From IMG/VR virus record IMGVR_UViG_3300033149_004544, positions 1 through 27,619 of that record: a DNA stretch of 27,619 nucleotides; one strand, 5' to 3'. Source of the DNA: a virus (Duplodnaviria > Caudoviricetes). Position 1 is the stretch's first letter; every line of letters begins with the position of its first letter. The position numbers and the translations under genes are program-made. This document shows, in pieces, positions 9,218-17,065 of this stretch. The notes under the pieces were generated by a model. The model did not search any database and was not told where the DNA came from. It worked only from the letters and a program-made list of their open reading frames with translations.

Positions 9218-9396
9218 CGACCCAAACCTCCCTCCTGATGACGGATGGCATCAAAAACCTCTTTCCGATGGACGGGCACCTCCTTCGGAGCCTCGACCCC
9301 GAGACGCACCTTGTCCCCCCGAATCTCCACCACGACGATCGTGATGTCATCGTTGATGACGATACTTTCGTTCTTCTTCCGGCTGAGAACCAACAT
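9214..9396 (-). CDS. csrA: Carbon storage regulator / translational regulator CsrA
   Basis: MLVLSRKKNESIVINDDITIVVVEIRGDKVRLGVEAPKEVPVHRKEVFDAI is a canonical CsrA sequence. Confidence 0.97.
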   Translation of the reverse strand: MLVLSRKKNESIVINDDITIVVVEIRGDKVRLGVEAPKEVPVHRKEVFDAIRHQEGGLGR

Positions 9397-10465
9397 CTGC
9401 TTGCTCCTCTCGCATTCGAGCAAAATGATACTCAAACGTCTTGCTGATTTCCGAACCTCGCCTGAGCCAGTAGAAATACGATAGCAACCGATTCGGCATG
9501 TGCTCTTCAAATCTCCTCGAAGAAAAGTACCCAGTATGCCCAGCGAAGTACAGCTTCTCTACAGGAATTACTTCCGCTAGCCTAATCGTGAACATCATGT
9601 TCATCCACTTTCGACAAAGATGATTCGACACAACACCAGCCTTCGTCGGCCGAACTATCGTCCTCGGACCCACGAAGCATTCACTCCAACCACCCCGCTT
9701 TCGTATGAGCTTGTAATTATCAGGAACCTCCACAATCTCGAAATCCCCAAGTGACATATTGTTCTCCAGCAACCACTCATCAAACTCAGCTCGCACTAAA
9801 GGGGTCAAGCTCGAATAGTGAGGATATCTCGTATCCGCCACGCTGTACAACGCCCCATCAAACAACGCCGCTCCAGTAAATCCCCTGCTTTGATTACTCG
9901 TAACGGCCACTTGCGTCGGTGTCTTCAAGAAATCCCATTGTCCTCTCGTCCTCTTCGGTACTAGTATCGATCCCATAGCACCCATATGTATCCAACGGGC
10001 AGAATCCACTGACGTCCATCCCAAAGCCAACATATCAAGTGAAGTGAATCCAAATCCATGCGTCTTCAGTGCTGATGGGAGTCGAGGCTTCACCGTATAC
10101 AACAACCAATCTAGCCGAAGCTTCGAACTGAACCGTTGGTTAGGGCTTATCCCAAGATAAGGCACGCCAAACCCCAGATAGCGATCCAACCAGCGTAGAG
10201 AATCGATTTGATGAAAAACAGGGATCACTTTCTCAAAAGGAAGCTCCCGAATCATTCTCTGGTAGTTCTTCCAGCTCCGATCGCTTCCTTCCTCCACTAC
10301 TTCTCGTCTGACTTTACGATCCGTAGGCTTGCCAGAGATGACATCGAGAGAGACATAGTAGCTTATTTCAGGATGATCTTTGCAGAAACAAATGTAGTCA
10401 TCCAGCGAAATCTCGGTCCCACTCGTCCATGCTGAATAAGCGCCACTATCCAAAATCAAACTCAT
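9347..10465 (-). CDS. dpdA: DpdA-like 7-deazaguanine DNA transglycosylase (TGT fold)
   Basis: LDSGAYSAW, SLDVI, IPVFH, HGFG, SVDSARW; lies inside the Que gene cluster. Confidence 0.85.
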   Translation of the reverse strand: MSLILDSGAYSAWTSGTEISLDDYICFCKDHPEISYYVSLDVISGKPTDRKVRREVVEEGSDRSWKNYQRMIRELPFEKVIPVFHQIDSLRWLDRYLGFGVPYLGISPNQRFSSKLRLDWLLYTVKPRLPSALKTHGFGFTSLDMLALGWTSVDSARWIHMGAMGSILVPKRTRGQWDFLKTPTQVAVTSNQSRGFTGAALFDGALYSVADTRYPHYSSLTPLVRAEFDEWLLENNMSLGDFEIVEVPDNYKLIRKRGGWSECFVGPRTIVRPTKAGVVSNHLCRKWMNMMFTIRLAEVIPVEKLYFAGHTGYFSSRRFEEHMPNRLLSYFYWLRRGSEISKTFEYHFARMREEQADVGSQPEEERKYRHQR

Positions 10466-11343
10466 CGTACTCTCGATGCCATCTGCAGAGAGCCAAACAA
10501 TTCCATCCTAGTTTCTGCAACACGAAACCCCCCAGTAAGGCTCGACGTGATCATTTTCGAGTGCTGCTTCTGCACTCCACGGCTCGTCATGCAGAAGTGA
10601 ACTGCCTCGATCACACACGCCGAACCCTTCGGCTTCAGATGTTTGTCCAAAGCTTCGGTCACTTGCTCACACAAACGCTCTTGGATTTGGAGGCGACGAG
10701 CGTAGATCTCTACCAGCCTCACGAGCTTGCTCACTCCTACGACCCGGCCATCTGGAATGTACGCCACATGACAACGACCGAAGAACGGCAGCATGTGATG
10801 CTCACACATCGAGTATACCTCGATGTCCTTAACCACCACCATCTCATCACAACTGTCATCATTAAACACTTTCAGCACACGAGAAGCATCTTGAGAATAG
10901 CCACAGAAGAGTTCATCGTAACTACGAATCACTCGCTGTGGTGTCTCCCGCAATCCCTCCCGATTTGGATCGTCTCCGATATACTCAATCAACCGCCGGA
11001 TGTTCTCCTCAGGGCCCGCCACCTCTCCATCTATTCTCTCCCACGGGAACGAGACCCACTCACCGATACCCTCGACTGGCTTGTTCACGAGAGCGTAAAA
11101 CGGCTTATCTGCATATCGCCTTCGCGTTTCCCCCGAATCAACAACATCATCCACATAGGCAGTCGCTTGCTCCCTCTTTGCCACAATCGTAAAGCAACTC
11201 CTTCTATCGACAGCGGCGATAGCTAGCGCAGCAAACATACCCCCACGAGGGATCGGGTAGATGAACGAGTGGTCTGGTATTCTCCTCGACAGCTTCTCTG
11301 CCCGCTCGATCACTTCCGCCCAACTCAGCTCAAGTGTAGCCAT
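10462..11343 (-). CDS. folE: GTP cyclohydrolase I with N-terminal phosphoribosyltransferase-like domain
   Basis: C-terminal: REGLRETPQRV, SMCEHHMLPFFG, GVSKLVR, RRLQIQERL, HFCMTSRG. N-terminal about 105 aa: IPRGG, VDDVVDSGET, WVSFPWE. Confidence 0.92.
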   Translation of the reverse strand: MATLELSWAEVIERAEKLSRRIPDHSFIYPIPRGGMFAALAIAAVDRRSCFTIVAKREQATAYVDDVVDSGETRRRYADKPFYALVNKPVEGIGEWVSFPWERIDGEVAGPEENIRRLIEYIGDDPNREGLRETPQRVIRSYDELFCGYSQDASRVLKVFNDDSCDEMVVVKDIEVYSMCEHHMLPFFGRCHVAYIPDGRVVGVSKLVRLVEIYARRLQIQERLCEQVTEALDKHLKPKGSACVIEAVHFCMTSRGVQKQHSKMITSSLTGGFRVAETRMELFGSLQMASRVR

Positions 11344-11354
11344 CCCTTCATCTC

Positions 11355-11975
11355 CTACTCCACCCCTATAATCTTGTGTAGCTGGACACTGAGCACATAC
11401 CCACAATTAAGGCAAGCCCGGACTGCCTCCTCAAGGTTTTGCCGATTCTTCTCATCATCCCGCTCATCCATCGGCTGCAAGTAAACTGGCACACCTCCAG
11501 GTGGGGGCTCAACGTCCATCGGCAATCCTCTACCCGACAAGCAGCCAGCCTGCACCAAGTACTTCCACGCATCGACTCGGTAACGCCAATGCGGACTGAC
11601 CTTACTCTCCGGCTTTGGACAGCAGACAACTTTGACCGACCGAGGCACTTTCTCCAACGGATAAATCGTCCCATTCGTCTCTACCTGCACCGCATGATAC
11701 AAAGCGAGCATTGCTAACAGATCACAGACTCCATCTTGAAAAAAAGGCTCCCCTCCGGTCACCACTACAAGACGGGCATTGTCCCCTAGCATGTCTACTC
11801 TATCGCAGATCTGCTGCGGAGACATCTGTTGCTTGCCCGTCTGATGATCTGTATCACACCACGGGCAACTCAGATTACATCCAGCAAGGCGGACAAATAC
11901 TGCTGGATGGCCCACAAAGGGGCCTTCCCCTTGGATTGTCTTCCAAATATCCACAACTTCCAGCAACTCAGACAT
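11355..11975 (-). CDS. queE: 7-carboxy-7-deazaguanine synthase (radical SAM)
   Basis: TIQGEG, FVRLAGCNLSCPWCDT, VTGGEP, VETNGT, LSVQLHK. Confidence 0.95.
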   Translation of the reverse strand: MSELLEVVDIWKTIQGEGPFVGHPAVFVRLAGCNLSCPWCDTDHQTGKQQMSPQQICDRVDMLGDNARLVVVTGGEPFFQDGVCDLLAMLALYHAVQVETNGTIYPLEKVPRSVKVVCCPKPESKVSPHWRYRVDAWKYLVQAGCLSGRGLPMDVEPPPGGVPVYLQPMDERDDEKNRQNLEEAVRACLNCGYVLSVQLHKIIGVE

Positions 11976-12471
11976 AGCTCGGTTTCCCATCCATATCGAA
12001 TACCACCAACTCGCTAGCACTTAGAGACTTAACATTTCTTGCCGCTTCCGGCCCCGTCTCATACAGATGCACTACCATCTGCTTCAAGCCAGGTCTAGCG
12101 ATCAAGCTCGCCAATCTTCTCGTAAGAGCAGCAAGCAACACCTCCAACTTTCCACACGTTCCCCAGACTGGTAGAAGCATCAACTCCTCTACTGTCACTC
12201 CCTCGCGAGCAGCCAGATACCCTAACGTCAAAGGGTGAAGCGGTAGAAAAGTGAAATCCAACGTATGAATCAGGGCTTGCACATCATTGTAGTCGCATAC
12301 AACACCACCCGGAGCATCACCACTCACGTCGACCCTCACAGTCCATAAATGCCCATGCTGATTCCGTAATAACTCGAAAGCATGTGCTTGATAGATCTTC
12401 TCAACTTCGAAGAACTCTTCGTTCCAGTGACTAGCATGGAACGTGTACTCCATCATGAGATGCATATCCAC
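11968..12471 (-). CDS. Divergent QueD-like T-fold protein lacking the catalytic Cys (DpdL-like candidate)
   Basis: FHASH, LRNQHGHLW in place of CxxxHGH, GVVCDY, LYET. Confidence 0.7.
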   Translation of the reverse strand: MDMHLMMEYTFHASHWNEEFFEVEKIYQAHAFELLRNQHGHLWTVRVDVSGDAPGGVVCDYNDVQALIHTLDFTFLPLHPLTLGYLAAREGVTVEELMLLPVWGTCGKLEVLLAALTRRLASLIARPGLKQMVVHLYETGPEAARNVKSLSASELVVFDMDGKPSYV

Positions 12472-12474
12472 TCC

Positions 12475-13128
12475 CTATGCGATATACTGCGTTGGGTCTT
12501 CTACTCCCGCCAGCATGAATGCTTCCCGCCGCTCGATGCACGAACCACACTTCCCGCAATGCTTGTCTAATCCTAGATAGCAAGTCCATGTCTGTGCGAA
12601 AGGTGCTGATATACGAGAACCCAAAACGACGATGTCCGCTTTCGACAAACTAAGAAGCGGAGCTTCGACCTCTATCGATCGCCAATCGCAAAGTCGAGCA
12701 ACTTTCTTCATGGCTGCCACAAACTCAGGTCGACAATCTGGATAGATAGCATGGTCCCCAGTATGAACAGCAAAACAAACTGAATCGAATTTGATGCTCG
12801 AGCAGTAGCCGATCGCTATAGCAAGCATAATCATATTCCGATTCGGTACTACAGTACGCTTCATATTCTCATCCTCGTAATGTCCCTCCGGCACGTCCAA
12901 CTCCAGACGAGTCAAGGCTGACACTAAGAGTGAACCCAATGGGAGTTCGACGACTCGATAGTCGACGCCAAGATCTGCCGCTATCGACGCTCCCGCAGCC
13001 AGTTCTCGCTTGTGCCGCTGGCCATAGTCGAATCCCAATGCCTTCAGCTGCCGCCCTTCATCCAGCAGTGAACAAAGTAGCACTGTCGAATCCAAACCAC
13101 CAGAGTAGATTAAAACGCTCTTCTTCAT
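12475..13128 (-). CDS. queC: 7-cyano-7-deazaguanine (preQ0) synthase
   Basis: SGGLDS, FDYGQRH, VPNRN, YPDCRPEF, TWTCY, CGKCGSC. Confidence 0.97.
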   Translation of the reverse strand: MKKSVLIYSGGLDSTVLLCSLLDEGRQLKALGFDYGQRHKRELAAGASIAADLGVDYRVVELPLGSLLVSALTRLELDVPEGHYEDENMKRTVVPNRNMIMLAIAIGYCSSIKFDSVCFAVHTGDHAIYPDCRPEFVAAMKKVARLCDWRSIEVEAPLLSLSKADIVVLGSRISAPFAQTWTCYLGLDKHCGKCGSCIERREAFMLAGVEDPTQYIA

Positions 13129-13142
13129 TCATCCGTTCCCAT

Positions 13143-14036
13143 TCACAAAAGAAATCGAGCAGAAGCACGAGGCGGCTCTACTTGAAGCACAGCTTCCAAA
13201 CGCCCTAGCCACTCCGGTGCAACCAAATCTACGTAGTCATTCTGACCTCCAACTGGCAGCACGGCCTCTATTGAACCAGCAGCTATCATGTGTGATGCAG
13301 CACGCATCACACACGAAGCATAGAACTCCGTATAGAGAACAACCCTACGATACGAAGTCTTTGCCAAATAGCCTTCCCATGCTACTTGGCATCGCCACTT
13401 GTTAGCAACACCAGAATCGTATAATGGCATCCGACTCCAAAGCTCTTGTGGCACGACGCCTAGAACGCCCGTCGCAATAACTTGATGCCACGAATCATCT
13501 GGAAGCACTGACGCTATAGCTTTGTGCAACACTGCAGGATAAGGCTTGTCTGCACTACAACTCGTCACGACGCAGTTCTGCACATGATTCGGCTTCTCAT
13601 ACGACTCCAGCAGAGTCAAATATTCCAAGATCTCCGGTCGATAATAGGCAAGATAATTGGCCACTACGAATTCCCTCTTCATAGTGTGACGACGGCCAAC
13701 CGTCTGCCACTGACAATCGCTCTTCCACAATGCGTCCGCAAGTTCTGGCCGAAGTGAGCACACGCTCTCCACATACTCTCGCTCCATACCTTTCCGCTCG
13801 GCCGTAGCAAATCCTAACTGTGTGTCCCCAACCAATTCGTCTTCCACAAAATGGACTCGCTCTCCAAACGTATCTGCTCCCAAATACAGAAGCAGCGGTC
13901 GCCACGATCTTGGTGAGTTCATCACCTGGATATCCCTAGCTTCCGCTACCCGCTTGAACAACTCAAGCCACTTCCCATACTGATCAGCATAAGACATACC
14001 GCACGACAGATTCGTCAGGTCCATCACGTCAGACAT
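13143..14036 (-). CDS. Archaeosine synthase ArcS-like (DUF5591-like) protein
   Basis: SCSADKPY, GVLGVVPQEL, PLYD and REYVE...RPEL resemble the ArcS core. Start could be 14036 or 14069. Confidence 0.7.
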   Translation of the reverse strand: MSDVMDLTNLSCGMSYADQYGKWLELFKRVAEARDIQVMNSPRSWRPLLLYLGADTFGERVHFVEDELVGDTQLGFATAERKGMEREYVESVCSLRPELADALWKSDCQWQTVGRRHTMKREFVVANYLAYYRPEILEYLTLLESYEKPNHVQNCVVTSCSADKPYPAVLHKAIASVLPDDSWHQVIATGVLGVVPQELWSRMPLYDSGVANKWRCQVAWEGYLAKTSYRRVVLYTEFYASCVMRAASHMIAAGSIEAVLPVGGQNDYVDLVAPEWLGRLEAVLQVEPPRASARFLL

Positions 14037-14445
14037 CGCTGTAGTCCACCCAACAATCAGGAGTCTCATAAAGTCGGACGTTCACCAAACGAACACCCTT
14101 AATCTCTGCCCACTCCATAGTTTCGACGACGAACCACCAAACCAGCCGGGCTATTGTCTCCGCTGTCGGCTGCGAAGACAACGGCACCACGGCATTTACC
14201 TTTTCGCATAACGGATCGGCGTGCCAAAGCAAAGAATTGTGGTCCCATCCATCAATCAAAGGTTGCACCAGAGACTTGATTTGTGCAAAGTCAACAAGCA
14301 TATCCATCTCGTCCAGACCCTGCCCTTCCAACGTGACTTCCAACACGTAACGATGGCCATGTATTCGTCCACACGGCCCATCATAACCGCAGAGCCGATG
14401 GGCAGAGTCAAACTCGAATCGTCTCGTCACTCGGAATCGATCCAC
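14029..14445 (-). CDS. queD: 6-carboxytetrahydropterin synthase
   Basis: FDSAHRL, CGRIHGHRY, VDF, WDH, PTAE, LYET; GTG start at 14445. Confidence 0.95.
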   Translation of the reverse strand: MDRFRVTRRFEFDSAHRLCGYDGPCGRIHGHRYVLEVTLEGQGLDEMDMLVDFAQIKSLVQPLIDGWDHNSLLWHADPLCEKVNAVVPLSSQPTAETIARLVWWFVVETMEWAEIKGVRLVNVRLYETPDCWVDYSDV

Positions 14446-15236
14446 AACACCTTCCTCCCGTCCATCTTGAGCAGTCCGAACAAAATGCCGGCTTTCACCA
14501 ATCGCTTGAGCGTCGATGTCGACGCTTGGAGATTGGCCTGACGTCCCTGCTTCTCCCACCGCTCCTCCACCTCCTCAGCCAGATGCTCTAAAATGCCCCC
14601 CTCTGGATGCGCTCGCAGCACACGGATGGCGATCTCATCCCGTCGCAACTTCTTGGGCTTCGTCTTCCTGCCTCCACTATTCCTCTTCTTCTTCTTCTTC
14701 AAAGCCCGAATGCGCTCCTGAAGACTACGGATCTCCGCTTCATCCTCATCTTTCGGAGACTTCCGTTCCCGCTCAGACTTTTCAACTGTCGGCTCGGAAA
14801 CTTCGCTCTCGGAAGCTCGCTTCTTCAGCTCACACGTCTCCACTGCCACCTCCCAAGTTTCCCCTGCCCGATCACGGACCATCACATAATCCGGCCCAAG
14901 AACCTCGTCCACGATCCCCTTCCAATCAACATCACCATCCCGCACGATCACGCGATCGTTAATTCCCAACGGACAGCCCTCAACAACAGCCTTTTCATCT
15001 TTCGGACCAAGATCCTCTCCATCACCGATCTCCAACTGCTCTCCAGCCTCATCTGCCACAGCCAATTGCTTCAACAGGTCCTCCAATCTGTTATCCCCTA
15101 CCTCAAACTCGCCGGAGCGGTAGAGCTGCACCAGCTCACCCAACTTCTTCGACAGCTTCTCTTCCGTCCATCCATCTGCCGTTAGAAATCCATAATCCTG
15201 GCAGATGGCAACAGCATCTTCTGTACTCACCCTCAT
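14427..15236 (-). CDS. Hypothetical multidomain protein (SH3/KOW-like barrel, coiled coil, basic helical C-terminus)
   Basis: AGGAG RBS before ATG 15236; INDRVIVRDGDVDWKGIVDEVLGPDYVMVRDRAGETWEV beta-rich segment; poly-Lys tract. Confidence 0.75.
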   Translation of the reverse strand: MRVSTEDAVAICQDYGFLTADGWTEEKLSKKLGELVQLYRSGEFEVGDNRLEDLLKQLAVADEAGEQLEIGDGEDLGPKDEKAVVEGCPLGINDRVIVRDGDVDWKGIVDEVLGPDYVMVRDRAGETWEVAVETCELKKRASESEVSEPTVEKSERERKSPKDEDEAEIRSLQERIRALKKKKKRNSGGRKTKPKKLRRDEIAIRVLRAHPEGGILEHLAEEVEERWEKQGRQANLQASTSTLKRLVKAGILFGLLKMDGRKVLWIDSE

Positions 15237-15280
15237 TTTGTTCTCCTGTGTATGCGCAAACCATGGAACCAACCAAAACA

Positions 15281-15400
15281 GGACAAACTACACGAGTATC
15301 GACCTGGCGCCGGTTTATTCTCCGGCCTTACTCCACTCCCTATTACCTCCCAGTGTGGGGCTACACCGAAACTCAACCCACACAAATCCCTCGTCTGTCC
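15281..15400 (-). ncRNA. Putative structured RNA of unknown class (about 120 nt)
   Basis: Terminal stems GGACAGAC/GUUUGUCC and ACGAG/CUCGU enclose hairpins GUGUGGG/CCCACAC and GCCGG/CCGGC; G-U pairs work only on the minus strand. Confidence 0.5.
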
Positions 15401-15403
15401 AAA

Positions 15404-15519
15404 TGGCTCCGGCAGGACTTGCACCTGCAACCTGTTAAGGGCACGATCTTCGCGAACCCAAAGGCAGGACGATTACCATCATGCGTCTCGCCCTATGTCT
15501 GTCATTCCACCACGGAGCC
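15404..15519 (-). tRNA. tRNA-like RNA (Leu-type D arm) with a 45-nt insert in place of the anticodon loop
   Basis: Acceptor GGCUCCG/CGGAGCC-A, D arm GUG-GAAUGACAGA-CAU, stem GGGCG/UGCCC, T arm GCAGG-UGCAAGU-CCUGC; 116 nt; no assignable anticodon. Confidence 0.65.
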
Positions 15520-15521
15520 GA

Positions 15522-16886
15522 TCATTCACTGCAACTCACCACCAACGGACAACCGACAGCCAAACAACCTGCCACATGCACCTGCCAATTCTCCGAGAAC
15601 GCTTCGTCTCGTCGCTTCAACCAGTTCACACGAGTCACACCCTTTTCCCTATCTTCGTCTCCAACATTCAGCCCGAAAGCAGCCGTAACGTGATCATTCT
15701 TCGTTCGCGAATCAGAGAAATTTCCAGCCCGAACCAAGCCGGCTCGATAGGAAGCAGCGTCTGCCTGCGTGCCTGTCACAACGCAACAATGGAAATCTTG
15801 TGACATTCTTCGCAATCGACGCCATGTCTCATCTATCCCGTCTCTCTTTTCCATGCCGCGAGGGAGAGCGAGAAGATCAGCGTAGTCCACCACAACGACA
15901 TCCGGCACCCATCCTTCTCGCTCTCCATTCGCGACATGAGCTGCGAGCTGCTCTGCTGATAATGATCCGGACGAATGAACTTCCAATCGAAACCTCCCTA
16001 CTCTATCAAATCGACTCCACGCTCGAAACGCTTCTCTCGCCCCGACCGCCTTCAACTTCCTCTTCTCTATTATCGGTCCTTCTTCTATAGACTCGAAGCG
16101 GACAGGCCATTCCACAACCATTGTTCGCTTCGGTCTCCGAGCAGCTCGTTGTCCCATCCTCTTCAACACCTGACGACGAGTCATGTCCCCACAATCCACC
16201 ATCAACACCCGCCGCTTTTGCCGGACGGCCCGAAAGACGATGTCCTGCAACCACCACGACTTTCCTCGTGCGAAAGCTCCAACAATCGAGACAAACGAAT
16301 CTCGGGAGAACACATCGCCGACGAATTCGCCGAACGGATCCGGATATTCGATTAACGGGCGAGCTTGCTCGGAATCGAAAGCATCCGCCCACAGCCCAAA
16401 CTCCAAAGCTGGAGAGCAAACAGAGCCAAGTCCCAACTCCACCCGGCGGAACGATTGGAGTCGCTCGGCTGCGTCGTCCACTTGGCCCAACTCGATGTCC
16501 GTCTCTACTTCCTCCATGAGACGTCTCATCCGTACTGCATTGAAATGCCGTCCTGCCTGATCGAGCAGATAATCCGAAGCCAAACAATCCTCTCGATCGT
16601 ACTCGTCGCTCAAAGCATTGAGAAATCGCTCGGCCAGTCTGATCGTCTCCTCGTCCGTCCTCTTGTCCGCCCATTCTTGGAACGTCGCCTCGATAGCCCG
16701 ACCAATCGGCTGGCCATACCGAGCAAAATGCCTTACACACCAAGCCCCCACCATATTCTCCCACCGGTTGGCAAAGAGGCCATCTAGAGTCCACCGCGAA
16801 GCTACCCTCGCACAGACCGTACGATCGGTGACCATGCCGATCAGTACTCGTCTGGCAACGTCTCCGCTGTATCGCACAGTCTTCAT
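15522..16886 (-). CDS. dnaB: Replicative DnaB-like (SF4) helicase
   Basis: Walker A GAFARGKS, VVVVDYADLL, TGTQAD, FSDSRTK. Confidence 0.88.
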   Translation of the reverse strand: MKTVRYSGDVARRVLIGMVTDRTVCARVASRWTLDGLFANRWENMVGAWCVRHFARYGQPIGRAIEATFQEWADKRTDEETIRLAERFLNALSDEYDREDCLASDYLLDQAGRHFNAVRMRRLMEEVETDIELGQVDDAAERLQSFRRVELGLGSVCSPALEFGLWADAFDSEQARPLIEYPDPFGEFVGDVFSRDSFVSIVGAFARGKSWWLQDIVFRAVRQKRRVLMVDCGDMTRRQVLKRMGQRAARRPKRTMVVEWPVRFESIEEGPIIEKRKLKAVGAREAFRAWSRFDRVGRFRLEVHSSGSLSAEQLAAHVANGEREGWVPDVVVVDYADLLALPRGMEKRDGIDETWRRLRRMSQDFHCCVVTGTQADAASYRAGLVRAGNFSDSRTKNDHVTAAFGLNVGDEDREKGVTRVNWLKRRDEAFSENWQVHVAGCLAVGCPLVVSCSE

Positions 16887-16940
16887 TCAACGTCATTCCC
16901 TCCCTTACTGCTACTTAACCTCTTCTATCGTCGCCACCCT

Positions 16941-17031
16941 TCCCCTGGCTTCGATTCTGGGCGGGTGTTCTCCGAAAAGGTCTTGGGGGAAGGGGAGCCT
17001 CGAGAAACCCCTTAGAATCGAAACCAGGGGA
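16941..17031 (-). repeat. 18-bp inverted repeat enclosing a nested hairpin
   Basis: TCCCCTGGCTTCGATTCT (16941-16958) and AGAATCGAAACCAGGGGA (17014-17031); the single mismatch is a G-U pair on the minus strand. Confidence 0.85.
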
Positions 17032-17065
17032 TCGACCCCCCTTTGGGGAAAACAACTAAGGACCA

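Noticed and set aside
15240-15400. preQ1 riboswitch upstream of the Que cluster
   Set aside because: No preQ1-I stem-loop plus A-rich tail on the coding strand; the CTACAC-like string is on the wrong strand.
15281-15403. tRNA-associated HDV-like (theta) ribozyme
   Set aside because: The position fits, but I could not build the nested double pseudoknot or find the L3 UCC-type motif.
15404-15519. tmRNA or canonical intron-containing tRNA
   Set aside because: No G3-U70 pair or tag ORF; no U33/anticodon or clear bulge-helix-bulge that would restore a 7-nt loop.
16006-16896. 296-aa alternate-frame ORF overlapping the helicase
   Set aside because: Arg/Gly/Ser-rich off-frame translation without motifs, expected in GC-rich coding DNA.
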